Positions 1-13,189 of a DNA stretch of 64,000 nucleotides are shown here, piece after piece. The notes below the pieces were generated by a model, which was given only the letters and a program-made list of their open reading frames with translations, did no database searches and had not been told where the DNA came from. A program made the position numbers and the translations under genes. How positions within the stretch are numbered: the stretch's first letter is position 1; the number at the start of each line of letters is the position of its first letter. Origin of the DNA: Eledone cirrhosa (taxonomy: Eukaryota); NCBI GenBank assembly GCA_964016885.1, contig OZ024743.1, positions 55,304,001 to 55,368,000 of the forward strand. Reading direction: 5' to 3'.

Positions 1-1199
1 CCAAACCATCCGGTTTGGAGATAATGATTCATTAAATCCTACTCATGAAATTAACGCGTAAGTGCTTGAGCATTCTAAATAAGCAGCCTTAATGCAATTC
101 TCGGGGAGATTCAGCTTTAAAGATGTGGATAAAATGAATTGCGGTATTTGTTCTGATTCAAATCCCGCCGAGATCATTTTTGCCATTCACTTGTTCGGGA
201 TCTCTATACTAAAATAGCTGTCTGTGGTGTTGGATTGTTCAGAACATTCTAGTTCCCACAAAAGCATAAACAGACTCATTAACTGCTTAATGAACTCAAC
301 CACAAGGATATGGTCTGAACGTAGAAGAGCCGAACTCCCACTGTCATCGCCTCCATCTCTCTCGCCTCACCATCTCTCTGTATGGTGAGCAAATGGGGTC
401 CTACGTACGGGCCTCCCCATAGCCCGGCGGACAGAATGGAGAAGCCGTTTCCCCGGGGATGGTATGGGAGATGCGCTGGAAAAACCATTCCAGCTGGCGA
501 GGCTTACACCTGCGGCTGGCCAGCTCAGCGCCTATGGTGGTGAGTAGGTAAGTAGCCCTAGGGCCAAGGACACAAGAAGTCTGTACTGCCAATGGCACGA
601 CCGCGAACCTGTCGGAGAGCGACCGGTTCTTGGAGAATTAAGCGTTTGTAAAAATGACAGGCGATATTTTTTCCGACATTTTGCGTTCTGAGTTCAAATC
701 ACGTCGCGGGTACTGGTGGAGTATACTTAATCCACCGTTCGATTTTAACACAACCACGTGGTTCTTGGTTGTATTTAACAGAGACAGAGTCCACGCTGTT
801 GCTGGCATTCAGAAATGAAGATAACTCCTTCCCTTTAACCCACATATCTTGGAGGCCCTGGAAATCATCATTGGCATTTCACGTCCCCCCATGACTTAAA
901 CAGTACCAAAGGAAATCAACAAAAGATGTAAGAAAAAAGCAAAATAAATCATTCCTTCTACATCGTTACATTTTGATTGACTGATTGATTAATCTGTCAC
1001 GGGCATTTGGTGCATACACACGTATGTTTATGTGTATGGATGTGTGTGCTTGTGTGCGTATGTATATGTATGTGTGTGTAAACAGAGAGAGAAAGGGAGA
1101 GAGAGGGAGAGGGAGGCAGACGTAGACATACAGACAAATTGCATTGTGTGTAACACAATTGGTCTGTATGGCGATGTATAATTTGGTTAGGTACATTTG

Positions 1200-1489
<290 letters not shown>

Positions 1490-2003
1490 CTATAGTTATT
1501 TTTATGGGTATTTGATGTGTAAAGAATCGTGTTAGGAAACATTTGATGTATACATAATTGTGTTAAGTGTGGTCGGTGCTGAAAACTGATATCTCCTATT
1601 AAAGAATATTAATGTAGACAGCTGTTTAGATGGGTGAGTTTGTGAGAAAAATCAGCGGAATATTCTCAATATGGTGGATGCAGCATGGCCAAATATTTAA
1701 AGGGTCGGTTTGTCAATTATTAGACACCCGGTTCAAACCCGTTGCGTGGTATCTTGGGTAAACTTTTTTTATCATTGGCTCAGGTCGATATGCATTGTGA
1801 GTGAAACGTCTAGGCCCATTCGACGGACTCTGTCTGTAATTTCTAGGGCCAGCTTTTTCACACATTGTGAATTACATTAAGGGTACACGAGGCTGTTGAA
1901 TGCTCAGTCACGTACATATTAATTTCATGGGCAGGCTATTCATTGGACCGAACAACTGGAACAACTATCATCAAAACCGAAGGAAGTCCATTATTCTTCA
2001 TAT

Positions 2004-2195
2004 GGGCGGTGGATTGGCAGTATCGTAGAGGGTCGGATGCCATGCTTTGCAACAAACAGGTATGGTCCTTTATTATCTGAGTTCAAATCCCGCCGAGGTT
2101 AACTTTGCCTTTCATCCTTACGGGGTCGATAAAATAAAGTACCAGTAATACACTGGAATAATTGCTGGCCTTGTCCCAAAAGTAGAAACAATTAT
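2004..2195 (+). mobile_element. tRNA-derived SINE with Deu/Nin-like core
   Basis: Head gggcggtggattggcagtatcg, B-box-like gagttcaaatccc, core gcctttcatccttacggggtcgataaaataaagtaccagt; more than 10 copies in the window. Confidence 0.85.
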
Positions 2196-2245
2196 TCTTC
2201 ATATGATGTGTTAAAAATTAACCTGATTTTTGTGGATAAAGTAGA

Positions 2246-2316
2246 CAGACCATCAAATAAACTATTATATAAACCATCAAATAAACTATTATATAGACCA
2301 TCAAATAAACTATTAT
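2246..2316. repeat. 24-bp tandem repeat x3
   Basis: agaccatcaaataaactattatat repeated three times. Confidence 0.9.
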
Positions 2317-2564
2317 TCGTCGAAACCCAAGAGTAATGCGTTTGACATCCGTCTGTTTCGACGATGTGAGTTCCACTTGCTCGAACAACGAACGAGGCTA
2401 CTCGTGAAATTAACGTGTATGTAGTTGAGCATTCAATAGATATAAGGGAAATGGATAAAGATCCCATAAGTCCTTGTGGAGTCGTAGAGGCACTGCCATA
2501 CGGCGTGTCTAGGGCAGTTTTAAACCTGGCGGAGCCCAACCCTCTCCAGGTCTATAGAGAAAGA

Positions 2565-2722
2565 ATCGGCCCCAGTACTGGACTGGTACTTTTTTTTATC
2601 GACCTCGAAAGGATAAAAGGCAAAGTTGACCACGGCTAGATTTGAGCTCAGAGCGCGCAATGAAGTGGGACGAATACCGCAAAGCGTTCTATCCGATGTC
2701 TTAACGATTCTGCCAATTCAAT
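2565..2722 (-). mobile_element. SINE (same core), diverged
   Basis: Reverse complement of the core: ggtactttttttatcgacctcgaaaggataaaaggcaaagttgacc. Confidence 0.7.
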
Positions 2723-2963
2723 ATTCTAGTTCTCAGGGAGATTCAGAATAACTTATGATAGTGGATATTGAGAGTTAAAGGATTTGGTGAAGGTTGACGG
2801 AATCAAGAATATCTGCCACAGTATAATTCTTTTAATCTTCTCACTCAAAAGACTTTTGCAGAAACATTTATTAAAACGGCGCCGATGTCACTTGATAGTG
2901 TCTCACACGTTGATTATATAACTAGGGTTGAGATACAGAACATTTGGATTATATATATACATA

Positions 2964-3062
2964 TAGGGTGTACCCCAAAAATATATACACACTTCAACAG
3001 CATTCTAATAAAGATTTCCTTTGCAGATAATCAGTGTGCATATATTTTTGTGGGACACCCTG
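2964..3062. mobile_element. 99-bp Tc1/mariner-type MITE
   Basis: TIRs tagggtgtaccccaaaaatatatacacact / agtgtgcatatatttttgtgggacaccctg with TA on both sides; relative at 59070-59145. Confidence 0.75.
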
Positions 3063-3479
3063 TATATACATATACAAATATCGTATATACGTAGCCGATC
3101 TCTCGGACTTTTACAAAGTGCTGGGGGGATAAAGTCAATATGACGAGTGGTGAGTTCATGCGCGGCGATACTATAAAATAGTGTTTAAAATGGGGTGAAG
3201 AGCTTTAGAGAAGGAAAAAGAGGTTGCAATCTGCCGCAACGAGGAATCAATAAATACATTAATGTAATTAATAAGGTTTTCCTTAGAACTTAATAATTTT
3301 TCGTGGAAACCACTACATATTCGCGGAATCCTGAATATCTTCCGCGACTTTTTTATGGCTTTTTTCGTGGTAATACATATTTTTAGCGATAAATTATTAA
3401 TAACAATATATTGTATTTGTCTGCCTATTGGATGCTCCTTCGCATAAGAGGCTCTCTCTTTTCTTTTTTATTATATTTT

Positions 3480-4105
3480 ACGATACATTTTGACGTTTAT
3501 AGGCATTTTCTTTGGATCACGTCCAATGTTCGCGGTTTTTCACTCTTCGCTGGTGCTTTTGGTGTAATGTTAAAGAGAGCGGGGCCAATTGACGTGAAAT
3601 AATTGTGCCGTATTGATGTTATGAGATGCGAGTGGGGTTTTGTCATGGGCGAATAGCACAGCGTTGGGTGTACCTTAAAAGTGATTCCAACATCATTTGG
3701 ACAATGCTGATGGGATATTTTCCACATCATGCAGATAATGTAGCACTCACGGCGACGTTGGAGAAAATAAAGGCTGAGCTTTTCTCGTCAACCCCAAATA
3801 GTCAAGGCCTGTCATGCCATCTATCTTTTTTGTAATTGACCTTTGAGGTACTTCAACTTTCATGATACTTTGTTTCGTATTCAAGGTGGGGTCGGGCAAA
3901 AGTGGAGAAGAGAAGGATAACGGTGTGGATATCTCTCGACTGGAAGGTTCTGAGAATCCAGGAACCCATTCTGCAGGCCATGTCAACTTTGTTGTTTATA
4001 TGAGTGGCCCAGCTTATGTTGTTGTCTACTATTACTTCCAAGTCTCTGATGTTGTTCGATGCCACGAGAGTTTCACCTGATTATCCCGAATCCTCGAGTC
4101 AAGAT
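3480..4105 (-). mobile_element. CR1/L2-group LINE 3' fragment (RT C-terminal region), degenerate
   Basis: Peptides IRDLEVIVDNNISWATHINNKV..., LFSTFARPHLEY and HNYFTSIGPALFN are typical of the CR1-group ORF2 C-terminus. Confidence 0.75.
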
Positions 4106-4319
4106 GTATTATCACTAAAGGACTATACCATTATATATATGTTTATATGTACATATAGATATGTGTGTGTGAGAGAGACTTTTTATGTGTGTGAGCGTGT
4201 GTATGTGCATGTGCATGAACATGCATTTGCGTGCGTTTAAGAATGTACATAAGTGTGTATGCGTTTGCTCCTTTGCGTGAGGGTATCGGAATGTACACAT
4301 GCACACACATGTATATATG

Positions 4320-4335
4320 TGTGTGCCTGTGTGCT

Positions 4336-4395
<60 letters not shown>

Positions 4396-4502
4396 TATGC
4401 GTTTTGCATGCGTGTGTATGTCTGCGATTTTATTTTTATGTATGTGTATCGCTACATGCATAATAACACACATCTCTCTCTCTCTCCCCCCTCTCTCTCT
4501 CG

Positions 4503-4550
<48 letters not shown>

Positions 4551-4620
4551 ATATATATAGATATATACATATATATATATATAAACATATATAGATATAC
4601 ATATATGGGCATATATATAT

Positions 4621-4676
<56 letters not shown>

Positions 4677-4710
4677 TATAAGCATATATACATATACATA
4701 TATAGGCATA

Positions 4711-4762
<52 letters not shown>

Positions 4763-4840
4763 CATATATATGTATATATATATATAGGCATATATATGTA
4801 TATATATAGAGAGAGATATACGTATATAGATATATATCTA
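4320..4840. repeat. Compound microsatellite (TG/TA/TC)
   Basis: Direct runs. Confidence 0.9.
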
Positions 4841-5450
4841 ATGTTCACGTGAATGACAATTTGAACACATCAATGTCGATAGAAAACGGTATCTAAGAAC
4901 TGGTGAAATTCCAGCCAGAAGAGAAAAGATCGTAGAAGTATTGTAAAATGTTAGTAATTGGTTTGGCATTAAAAATGTGGCCGGCTTTTTATTTCTATCG
5001 ATGGAACTATCCAACAGGGAACTAACTGTTTCAATGATACTCTGCTTTAGCTATCATAACAACCTCTATCACATATAACGCATCACAACCATAATTCATA
5101 CAACGGAATTTCATTGCATGTATTCACACAATGATTCTTTTATTTATTTTTTTCCTATCTCTATTTCGTTATTATTTACGTTATTTTTTTTAAATTATAC
5201 CTATTCTTTTCCTTTTATTTTATTTTCTCTTCGTTTTTGTATTCCGCCTATCGACATAAATATTGATATTTGGCACTGAATGCCAGCAGTATCTCTTAGA
5301 TCGGACTTTTGTACACATTATCTGTCCGTTTTGGACGGCAGCTATGATTTATTGCAGCGGAAGAGAAATATTTCGTCGTACCGTAGGGACTAAGAAAAAC
5401 CTCCGTCATATTGCGCCTGAAAGCCGAGGAATATATGGCGAAGGATTAAA

Positions 5451-5750
5451 TTGCATGCCTGCACATACGTCATATTTGGCCAGTCAGCCAGCCAGAGATG
5501 GTTACTACTAGTGCCCCCATTACATGCCTGCACATACATCATGTGCGGCTTGACAGAGAAGCAGCCAGCTAGAAATGGTTACGAAAATGCCTCCATATCA
5601 CACCTTCACAAATGTCATGTTTCGCTAAACAGCTAGTCAGAGATGGTTACTACCAATGCATCTGTAGTATGTCTGCTCGTAAATCACATGTGGTTAGACA
5701 GTCAGCCAGCCGGCCAGAGATATTTTACCACCAATTTCTCCATTGAATGC
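5451..5750. repeat. Degenerate ~70-bp tandem repeat, ~4 units
   Basis: Recurrent cagccagccagagatggttactac motif at ~5484, 5562, 5630 and 5708. Confidence 0.6.
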
Positions 5751-5789
5751 AACAATCATATCGACGACGCCTCGTCGAAAACATAAGTG

Positions 5790-6128
5790 TAGGCATAGGT
5801 AAGTGGTTAATTAGTTCGCTACGCAACCACTGGGTTTCGGTTTCAGTCTCGCTGCAACGCACCTCGGGCAAGTGTCTTCTATATTACAGACCTTTGAACT
5901 TTCCCCGTCCGACGGGGAGATCTCCCACCCACTTTGGTGAGAGAGGTCTTCTCTTGTAAAAAATGGATATAGCTTTCATTAAGTAAAATCTCCCCATTTT
6001 GCCTCATTTCTCCACTTTTTTATGGTACTTCCCATTTGGGCGTTTAGAAGCTGGCAGGTCTGACATTGTCTCTGGATTGACCAATGTCTGATAAGTGGAA
6101 TTTGTTAGAGGGAAACAACAGAATCCTA
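5790..6128 (+). mobile_element. Second SINE family, interrupted by a small TIR element (~5888-6062)
   Basis: Head ...gcacctcgggcaagtgtcttcta resumes as gaccaatgtctgataagtggaatttgttagagggaaac; insert bounded by cagacct...aggtctg. Confidence 0.55.
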
Positions 6129-6137
6129 TATATATAT

Positions 6138-6205
<68 letters not shown>

Positions 6206-6470
6206 GTTATGCAAGAAATACTTAGGATTATCCTGAATGCAGTAATGATTAATTACTACACTAGATAGAGTTGACGTATGGTGAGGGGTTACTCAACAAA
6301 TTATGGAAGAATAGTTGAAGAAACTCAGTTTCTGATCCTTCTGTATTCTGGAGTTTGCACATAGCATGACTAGGCTGTATAACTACTGTTGAAACATTTG
6401 TAAGCACTCGGAATAAATTACCTTTTTTAGGATGTCTACCTGTTATTATTCATTCTTTATATATATATAT

Positions 6471-6632
6471 ACAGGTGTGCTGAAAAGTTCTTGGCTTATG
6501 GGTATCTCGAAAGGGAAGGTAGGACTGTTGCAATAAGTGTGTGAATCTGAGAGGGGAATATGTTGAATAAAATCATAATTAACTGATCCTCCTGTATTGT
6601 TTTTTAACTGAACTTTCTTTTATTCAAAGCCA
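6471..6632 (+). mobile_element. Internally deleted mariner remnant
   Basis: TIR-like caggtgtgctgaaaagttcttggct after TA; encodes CNKCVNLRGEYVE*, the typical mariner transposase C-terminus. Confidence 0.7.
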
Positions 6633-6939
6633 TATATATATGTGTGTATGTGTGTGTTTGTATGTGTGTGTGTGTTTGTTTAGCTATTCAATTAAAGCGA
6701 CGTCGATAACAAAGATATGTTCGACTAAATTTCAACAAATAAAATGATAAGCATGGCCACAAGTCTTACGACTGAGACCAGTTAAAATTTAAAGAATATC
6801 CCCTCAAAATGGCTGAAAACACAGGCGCTTTTTCTTCAAAGTAATGTTTTCCGCTTCGTCCACTTCTTACTCTCCATCTTTCTATATCTTCTTTTATTTC
6901 TCATTCAAACTTCTGATTCTTTTTATTGGTTTTATTGCT

Positions 6940-7328
6940 CACCCTTGGATCTTGAATAATCGACCCCACGCCGCTTATTAATTTTTCAGATTCAGGCTCT
7001 TATTCCACCCCCACACCCCGCTTGTTAAATTGTGCTAATCTATCTCCGGTGAAATTATATTGTAAGTGGTAGCATTCCTACGACAATTAATTTTCTTTAT
7101 ACATTAAAAAAAACATTATACCTGACAAAGAAGTACATTACTAGAAATCCCATATGTTATAAAACAAATAGAATGGGTTGGGGTCTCAATAAGTGAAATA
7201 AACGACTAATTTTGATTTGTTTTAATTAGCGGCGACCCCCCCGCCGCTTATTCCACCCTCACCCATCCCAAACATATTCCAACCTCTGCCCACGTATTCC
7301 AACCCTTCTATTATTTGGGACCCTAGAT
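6940..7328. mobile_element. Degenerate MITE with subterminal ccccgccgcttatt / ttccaaccct repeats
   Basis: Right end ttatttgggaccctaga; repeated subterminal motifs; left TIR degenerate. Confidence 0.4.
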
Positions 7329-8218
7329 TAGGCATTATTTCGTCTTGCTCCAGTCCACCGAGCTGCTGAAAATGATACATTGTACCTGTAATTCCTTGTC
7401 ATACATTTTGTTACATTAAGATTGTACGTATATGTTGAATGCTCGGACACTCGCACCTTAATTACACGAACAGGCCGTTCCATTGGTCGAACAACTAGAT
7501 TATTCGTCGTCAAAACCGACTGACGTCCAACACACGCACATACACACACAGAGTTGATTGCTAAAAATCGATATAATTTTGTATCGAAACTCTACAATAA
7601 GTCAATAGGGCAACGGTGTAATTTGCAACTGAACAACTCTGAACACCGAATTATTGAACAATAATTAGAAGTTAAATTAAGAACTATATAAATCAATGTA
7701 TAAATCAATAACTGTTCTATAAATCACAATAAATGTAGAGAAATCAATAAATGCAAATAGCATTAACATAGCTGTCAAACTTCATTTCCTATCCACTAAA
7801 TCAATCACTTATTCCTCTATTGATTCGTCAAACATATTAATGAACTGATAAACGAAATTATAGAAAATTAAAGGTAAAGATATAACCAGATTTGTACTAA
7901 ACGAGGCACAACCGAGTGTATGTTTTCATAAGGTGCCATGCCTGGGAAATTAAAATATGAAAATATTGAATTTTCTCTTACACATACACCATACGTTGTT
8001 TATACAGTGACAGTTTCTTATAAAGAAAGAGATGATTCCTAAATAAAGAGTAAATATTCTATTACTAGCATTTATACATTAAAATCAAAAGTTAGTTTTA
8101 ACATGATAGTAAACTCAATTTATTTTGAGTGAGTATAGCCGAAAGGTTAAGGAATTTGCTTCGCAATCATCAGATCACGGATTAGATCTCACTGCAGGTC
8201 ATCTTTGGCAAGTGACTT

Positions 8219-8483
8219 CAGGGTTGGGCGTATCTATAAGCCAAATAACTTATAGCTTAGGGCCACACACCCTGTGGGTGGGTGGGGGAGGGGGGGGGGG
8301 CTAATTAAAAAAGACATTTCTATTTTGTCTTTAGTTTTTATGCTTTAACACTAAATCATCAAAAATTGAAACAGTTCTAGTCTTGTAGAAGCCATCTTTA
8401 TATTAAATATTGTATATATGTATACTCTACTATGTATTGAGTACCTTCCTTACTGTGATTACCACCGATTGAACTCGGGATAT

Positions 8484-8557
<74 letters not shown>

Positions 8558-11500
8558 TGGTTTAGAGCCACAGGGAGGGCCAGTGGATGATGGATCAGCT
8601 GTCTCTGAGACAAATATAAAGAATACAGATTTGTCCTGCAGAAGAGCCATTAAAGTGGGCACTCTGAATGTGAGGACTGTTCGGCCGCTGGTGAAGAGAG
8701 AGGAGTTGGGTCATCTGTTCGAGGAGGGTGGTATGCAGATACTTATGATCCAAGAGCACAGGATCCTACATGATGAGCCCGTGAAGAATGTGATGATTGG
8801 AGTGAGGAGCCAGCTCATCACCACATCAGCAGTGAGGAACACAACTAATGCTGCAGTAGGAGGAGTGGTTTTTGTGTTCAGTGCAAGAGCCAATCTATCT
8901 GTGAGGGAAATTATACCTGTCTCTCCGCGAGTGTTGAGAGTGACCTTCAACGCAAGGCTGACAGTCATCTCAGCCTATAGTCCAACCGAGGGGGGACAGT
9001 GATGTGAGTGCATAGGTGTTGGATGATGAAGTGTGTAGAGCTGTCAACACCACACCAGCTCATAACATCCTGCTTGTTCTGGGTCACTTCCATGCACATC
9101 TGAATAAGGAGAGCAGTGAAAATCCTTGCTGGTACTTCCATAACAACACCAACCGAAATGGGAGACTACTGAGGGACACCCTAATGGAGGCAAACTTGAT
9201 GGCAACCAACCTAAGGTTTAGCAAGAATCCGGGGAAGATGTGGACCTACGTCTCTGATATGCACCTGTTAAGTTCCAGATTGATTTCATTCTGGTAAGGA
9301 AGAAGTGGCGGAATAGTGTTCTGAACACAGAGCCATACAATCATTTCAGTAGACTGAGCAGTGACCACCGGCTTGTTGTGAGCTTAAGAAAGAGTAAGGC
9401 TCAGCCCCGGAGAGCAATCTATGACTGAGGAGCTTTTAACGAAGATGATAAGCTGCAGGAGAGGTGTACAGTTGAAGTGAGGAACAGGTTTAGTGCTGTG
9501 TGTGGAGAGGCAGAAGAGAGAGAGATTGGAGGGGCTGAGACGAGTTTGACGAAGAGGTACGGGTACTTTACCACTGCAGTAGAAAAAGCAAGTGAGACCT
9601 TGGTGCCGAGGAGAGAGAAGAAGTGGAAGAACGTCAGCTCTGCAGACCCAAAAGTGTGTGCAGCCAGAGAACACATGAAAGCTGCCAGTCACCAATTCCA
9701 TGCTGATCCGACGGAGGAGAGGAAGGAGAATATGCAGGTGATGAAAGAAGAACTCTGTACCGCTTACACTGAGGCCACAGAGAAGGCGCTGATAGAGAAG
9801 ATCAAAAGTGTGGAGAGAGCGGTTGACAGGTCTAGTGTAAATAGAGCTGGACGATCATCAACGAGATCACAGGGAGGAAGAGAGAGAGAGAGAGTTTGAG
9901 TCAATCCAGGGAACAGGGCTCGAGGATAGGAAGAAGAAATGGCTGGACCATTTTAGGACTCTACTAGGAGAGCCGCCCTCCGCAGCCCAGAACACTGGGG
10001 AGATGAGGAAGCTGTTTGAGGAACTGGATATTGAGACAGAACACTTGACCAGGGAGGAGCTTCATAGAGCCAAGAAGATGATCAAGGAGGGTAAGGTTCA
10101 TGGAGAAGATGGCGTGGCATCAGAGATGATGAAGAGGTGTGATTTTGATATCATCCTGGGGTTCTGTAACCAGGCACTGGAGAAAGAAGTTGCCTCAAAT
10201 CAGTGGAGGATCAGTAACATCATCCCAGTGTCAAAGAAGGGAGATCTCTCTAACACCAACAACTACAGGGTGATCTCACTGACGTCACTTCTGGCAAGAC
10301 CATCAACAGGATGATTCTTATCAGGATCCAGCCCGAGATGGAGAAGAAGCTCAGGGACAACCAGAACGGCTTCAGAGAGGGAAGATCAACCACCAGTCAC
10401 ATCCCGATGCTGAAGAGGATATTAGAGGGAGCTAGAGCAAAGAGCCTTCCTGCTGTCATGTTTTCATTGACTTTAGCAAGGCCTTTGATTCTGTGGACCG
10501 TCATTGCCCGAAGAAGATCTTACAGGCCTATAGAATTCCCAAGAAGATAGTGGACCTGATATCACTGCTCTACATCAACACCAGAGCCCAAGTCATTACA
10601 CCTGACTGGATGACGGAGTTCTTCGAGATATTGACTGGAATGCTCCAGGGAATACGTTGACTCCCTACCTTTTTTTTATCGCAGTGGACTATTGTATGCA
10701 CCTTGCGCTGGAGACACACCAGGACACTCGCTTTACTGTAGCACTGGCGCAGAGCAGGAGGAGAGTTAAGGCTAAAAAGATATCAGATACTGAATTTACT
10801 GACAACATAGTTCTGGTGACAAACACAGTGAAGGATGCAGGGGAGTTGATGCAGGAGGTGGAGACTGTGTCAATGAGTGTAGGACTGAGAATGAATGAGA
10901 TTAAGACGAAGTATCTAGTAGAGAACATTAAAAAGCCAGAGAAGATTATGAATGTGGGCGAGAAGCCGCTAGAGTTGGTTGAGGACTTCCTGTATCTGGG
11001 AGCAAATATTGGGAGAACAGAGGATGATGTGGTTAGAGAGGAAGAGCAGAGCTTGGGCGGCGTGTCACAGGTTTAAGATCGGTGTGAAAGTCGGACCTTC
11101 GTAAAGACCTGAAGATCCGTCTCTTCGTCACTACAGTGGAGTCTGTGCTGCTGTACGGGTCAGAGACTTGGACACTGACCAAGAAACTCACTCAGATGGT
11201 GGATTGGTGCTACACGAGAATGCTGAGGATGGCTCTGAACATTAATCAGTATACACTGCGGATGAAGAACTCAGAGCTGTATGGGAGCCGCCCAAAGGTC
11301 GGCTCGAAAGTAACACAGAGGAGACTGAGGGTAGCTGGACATGCTCACCGCCATTCAGAGTTGACACTGCACCCAGTGCTCCTGTGGGAGCCCCTGCATG
11401 GACACTCTAGACGCGGGAGACCGAGGTTGACATATATTGATGTTCTAAGGACAGACACTGGTCTCTGGGAGACGCAGAACATGGTGGCGATAATGAGGGA

Positions 11501-11673
11501 CAGAGACCGCTGGAGAGAACTCGTCCATGGATCTCGGGAATTTTACCCGCCCTATATATGTATATATATATATATATATATACTATTTATTATTTATCCT
11601 TGATATTAATATAAAAATGATAATTTTTAATTTCATATAGCTTAGGGCCTCAGCTGGTAAAAATCCGGCCCTG
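8219..11673. mobile_element. Non-autonomous hAT-type element inserted in a SINE and hosting later insertions
   Basis: Ends cagggttgg.../...atccggccctg; 8-bp TSD agtgactt/agtgtcct; tatagcttagggcc near both ends; SINE halves at ~8135-8218 and 11674-11870. Confidence 0.7.
8555..11552 (+). mobile_element. Near full-length RTE-clade LINE (APE endonuclease + RT), frameshifted
   Basis: APE motifs VGTLNVRT, IQEHR, ISAYSPT, SDH; RT motifs QNGFREGRSTT, KAFDSV, QG..L.PYLF, FTDNI (ADD degenerate), ESVLLYGSETW; (TA)n on both flanks. Confidence 0.93.
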
Positions 11674-12565
11674 AGTGTCCTTTATCATAGTCGTGGTTCG
11701 TCCTTGTAAGTGAAATTGAGTAGATGAAAATTGGTTAGAAGCCTATTGCATGGACAGTACCTGTAATTCAAAAGACCAGTCTTGTTACACAGTGTCACCC
11801 TTTGTCTCTATTCTCAAAATTACGTTAAGACTATACTTGTCTGCGGGTGACTTACATCACTTACACAATAAAAAAACTGGACTAGAATTGTAATTTAAAT
11901 GACAAGTCTTGTCATGCACTATGCTTTGCTGAATCTTCATAAAAAATATTTTAAGGTTCCAATCTATCATTATGATATATATATATATATACGCACACAC
12001 AAACACATTCATTAAAAACAAGATTCGAGGATTGTCTGTCAGGCTGAATTGGCAGGCTGTCCCCGAATCGAATTGGTCCTCTATTTTATATTTTATATTC
12101 TCTGTTTGTGTTCGACGTAATCCCGTTGTCTTATGGAACTAATTCTGCAATTAACACCTGATGAACTAGTCTAAGTCTTACATCATGATCGGATGATAAA
12201 GCTGGGCCATCGAAATGTGTATAATTCTTTCGCGGGATTATAATTATAAAGTAAATTTCCAGTCCGGCCTTCCGTTGTTGTTTTTAATGAATACTTAACC
12301 CCATTCCTGCAGAAACCACGAGATACCAAATCATCCATCAACGATGGGTGATTTGCATAACGTTGAGTGCTTTAATTAATTTATTGCATCATCGTTTACC
12401 AACCGGAACCACCAGTTCTACCCATTCGTAAACAGCCTAACATAAATGGTATATATACATATTTACATATATATATATATATATGTTTGTGTGTGTGTTT
12501 TGTGTATACACATACACACACACACACACATATATATATATGTGTGTGTGTGTATATGTATACAC

Positions 12566-12619
<54 letters not shown>

Positions 12620-12620
12620 G

Positions 12621-12659
<39 letters not shown>

Positions 12660-12878
12660 TATGCATGTATGCACATACACTCATACGCATATAGACATTG
12701 ACGTCCAGCGCTGCCTAAACCGAACGGTCTAGACAATTTTGTCAATAATGCAGCTCCACGTGATTGCCTACGTCATAAATAATCAGACTGGTTTCTGAAA
12801 CACTACCATCACGTGATGCACTAGAAAAATACTGGAATTGACAGAAATAAGTTTAGAAAACATCGCAAATTCATGTTT

Positions 12879-12879
<1 letters not shown>

Positions 12880-12946
<67 letters not shown>

Positions 12947-13145
12947 GATAGAGAGAGATAGAGATAGAGATGGGGAGGGGGGAGACATATGCCGTTGAAA
13001 AGGAGAGAGATTGGTGAGAAAAAGAGAGAGAGAGAGAGATTGAGGGAGGGAGTGAGGGTCGGGGAGAAAAAGATAGAGAAAGAGATTGAGTGTGAAAGAG
13101 AAAGAGATTGGGAGAGAAAGAGTGAGAGAAAGAGAAAGAAAGTAG
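12880..13145. repeat. (GA)n microsatellite and degenerate GA-rich tract
   Basis: Direct runs. Confidence 0.9.
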
Positions 13146-13189
13146 GTGAGAAAGAGAGAGGGGAAGATTGTGGGCGAATGCAAAAAAAG

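Noticed and set aside
279-640. GC-richer segment, possibly a retroelement fragment
   Set aside because: No diagnostic motif recognised.
2004-2100. tRNA gene
   Set aside because: Only A/B-box-like SINE head; no cloverleaf.
12150-12230. ctgatga and gaaa hammerhead-like words (also ~6380, ~49870, ~52860)
   Set aside because: Could not form convincing stems I-III.
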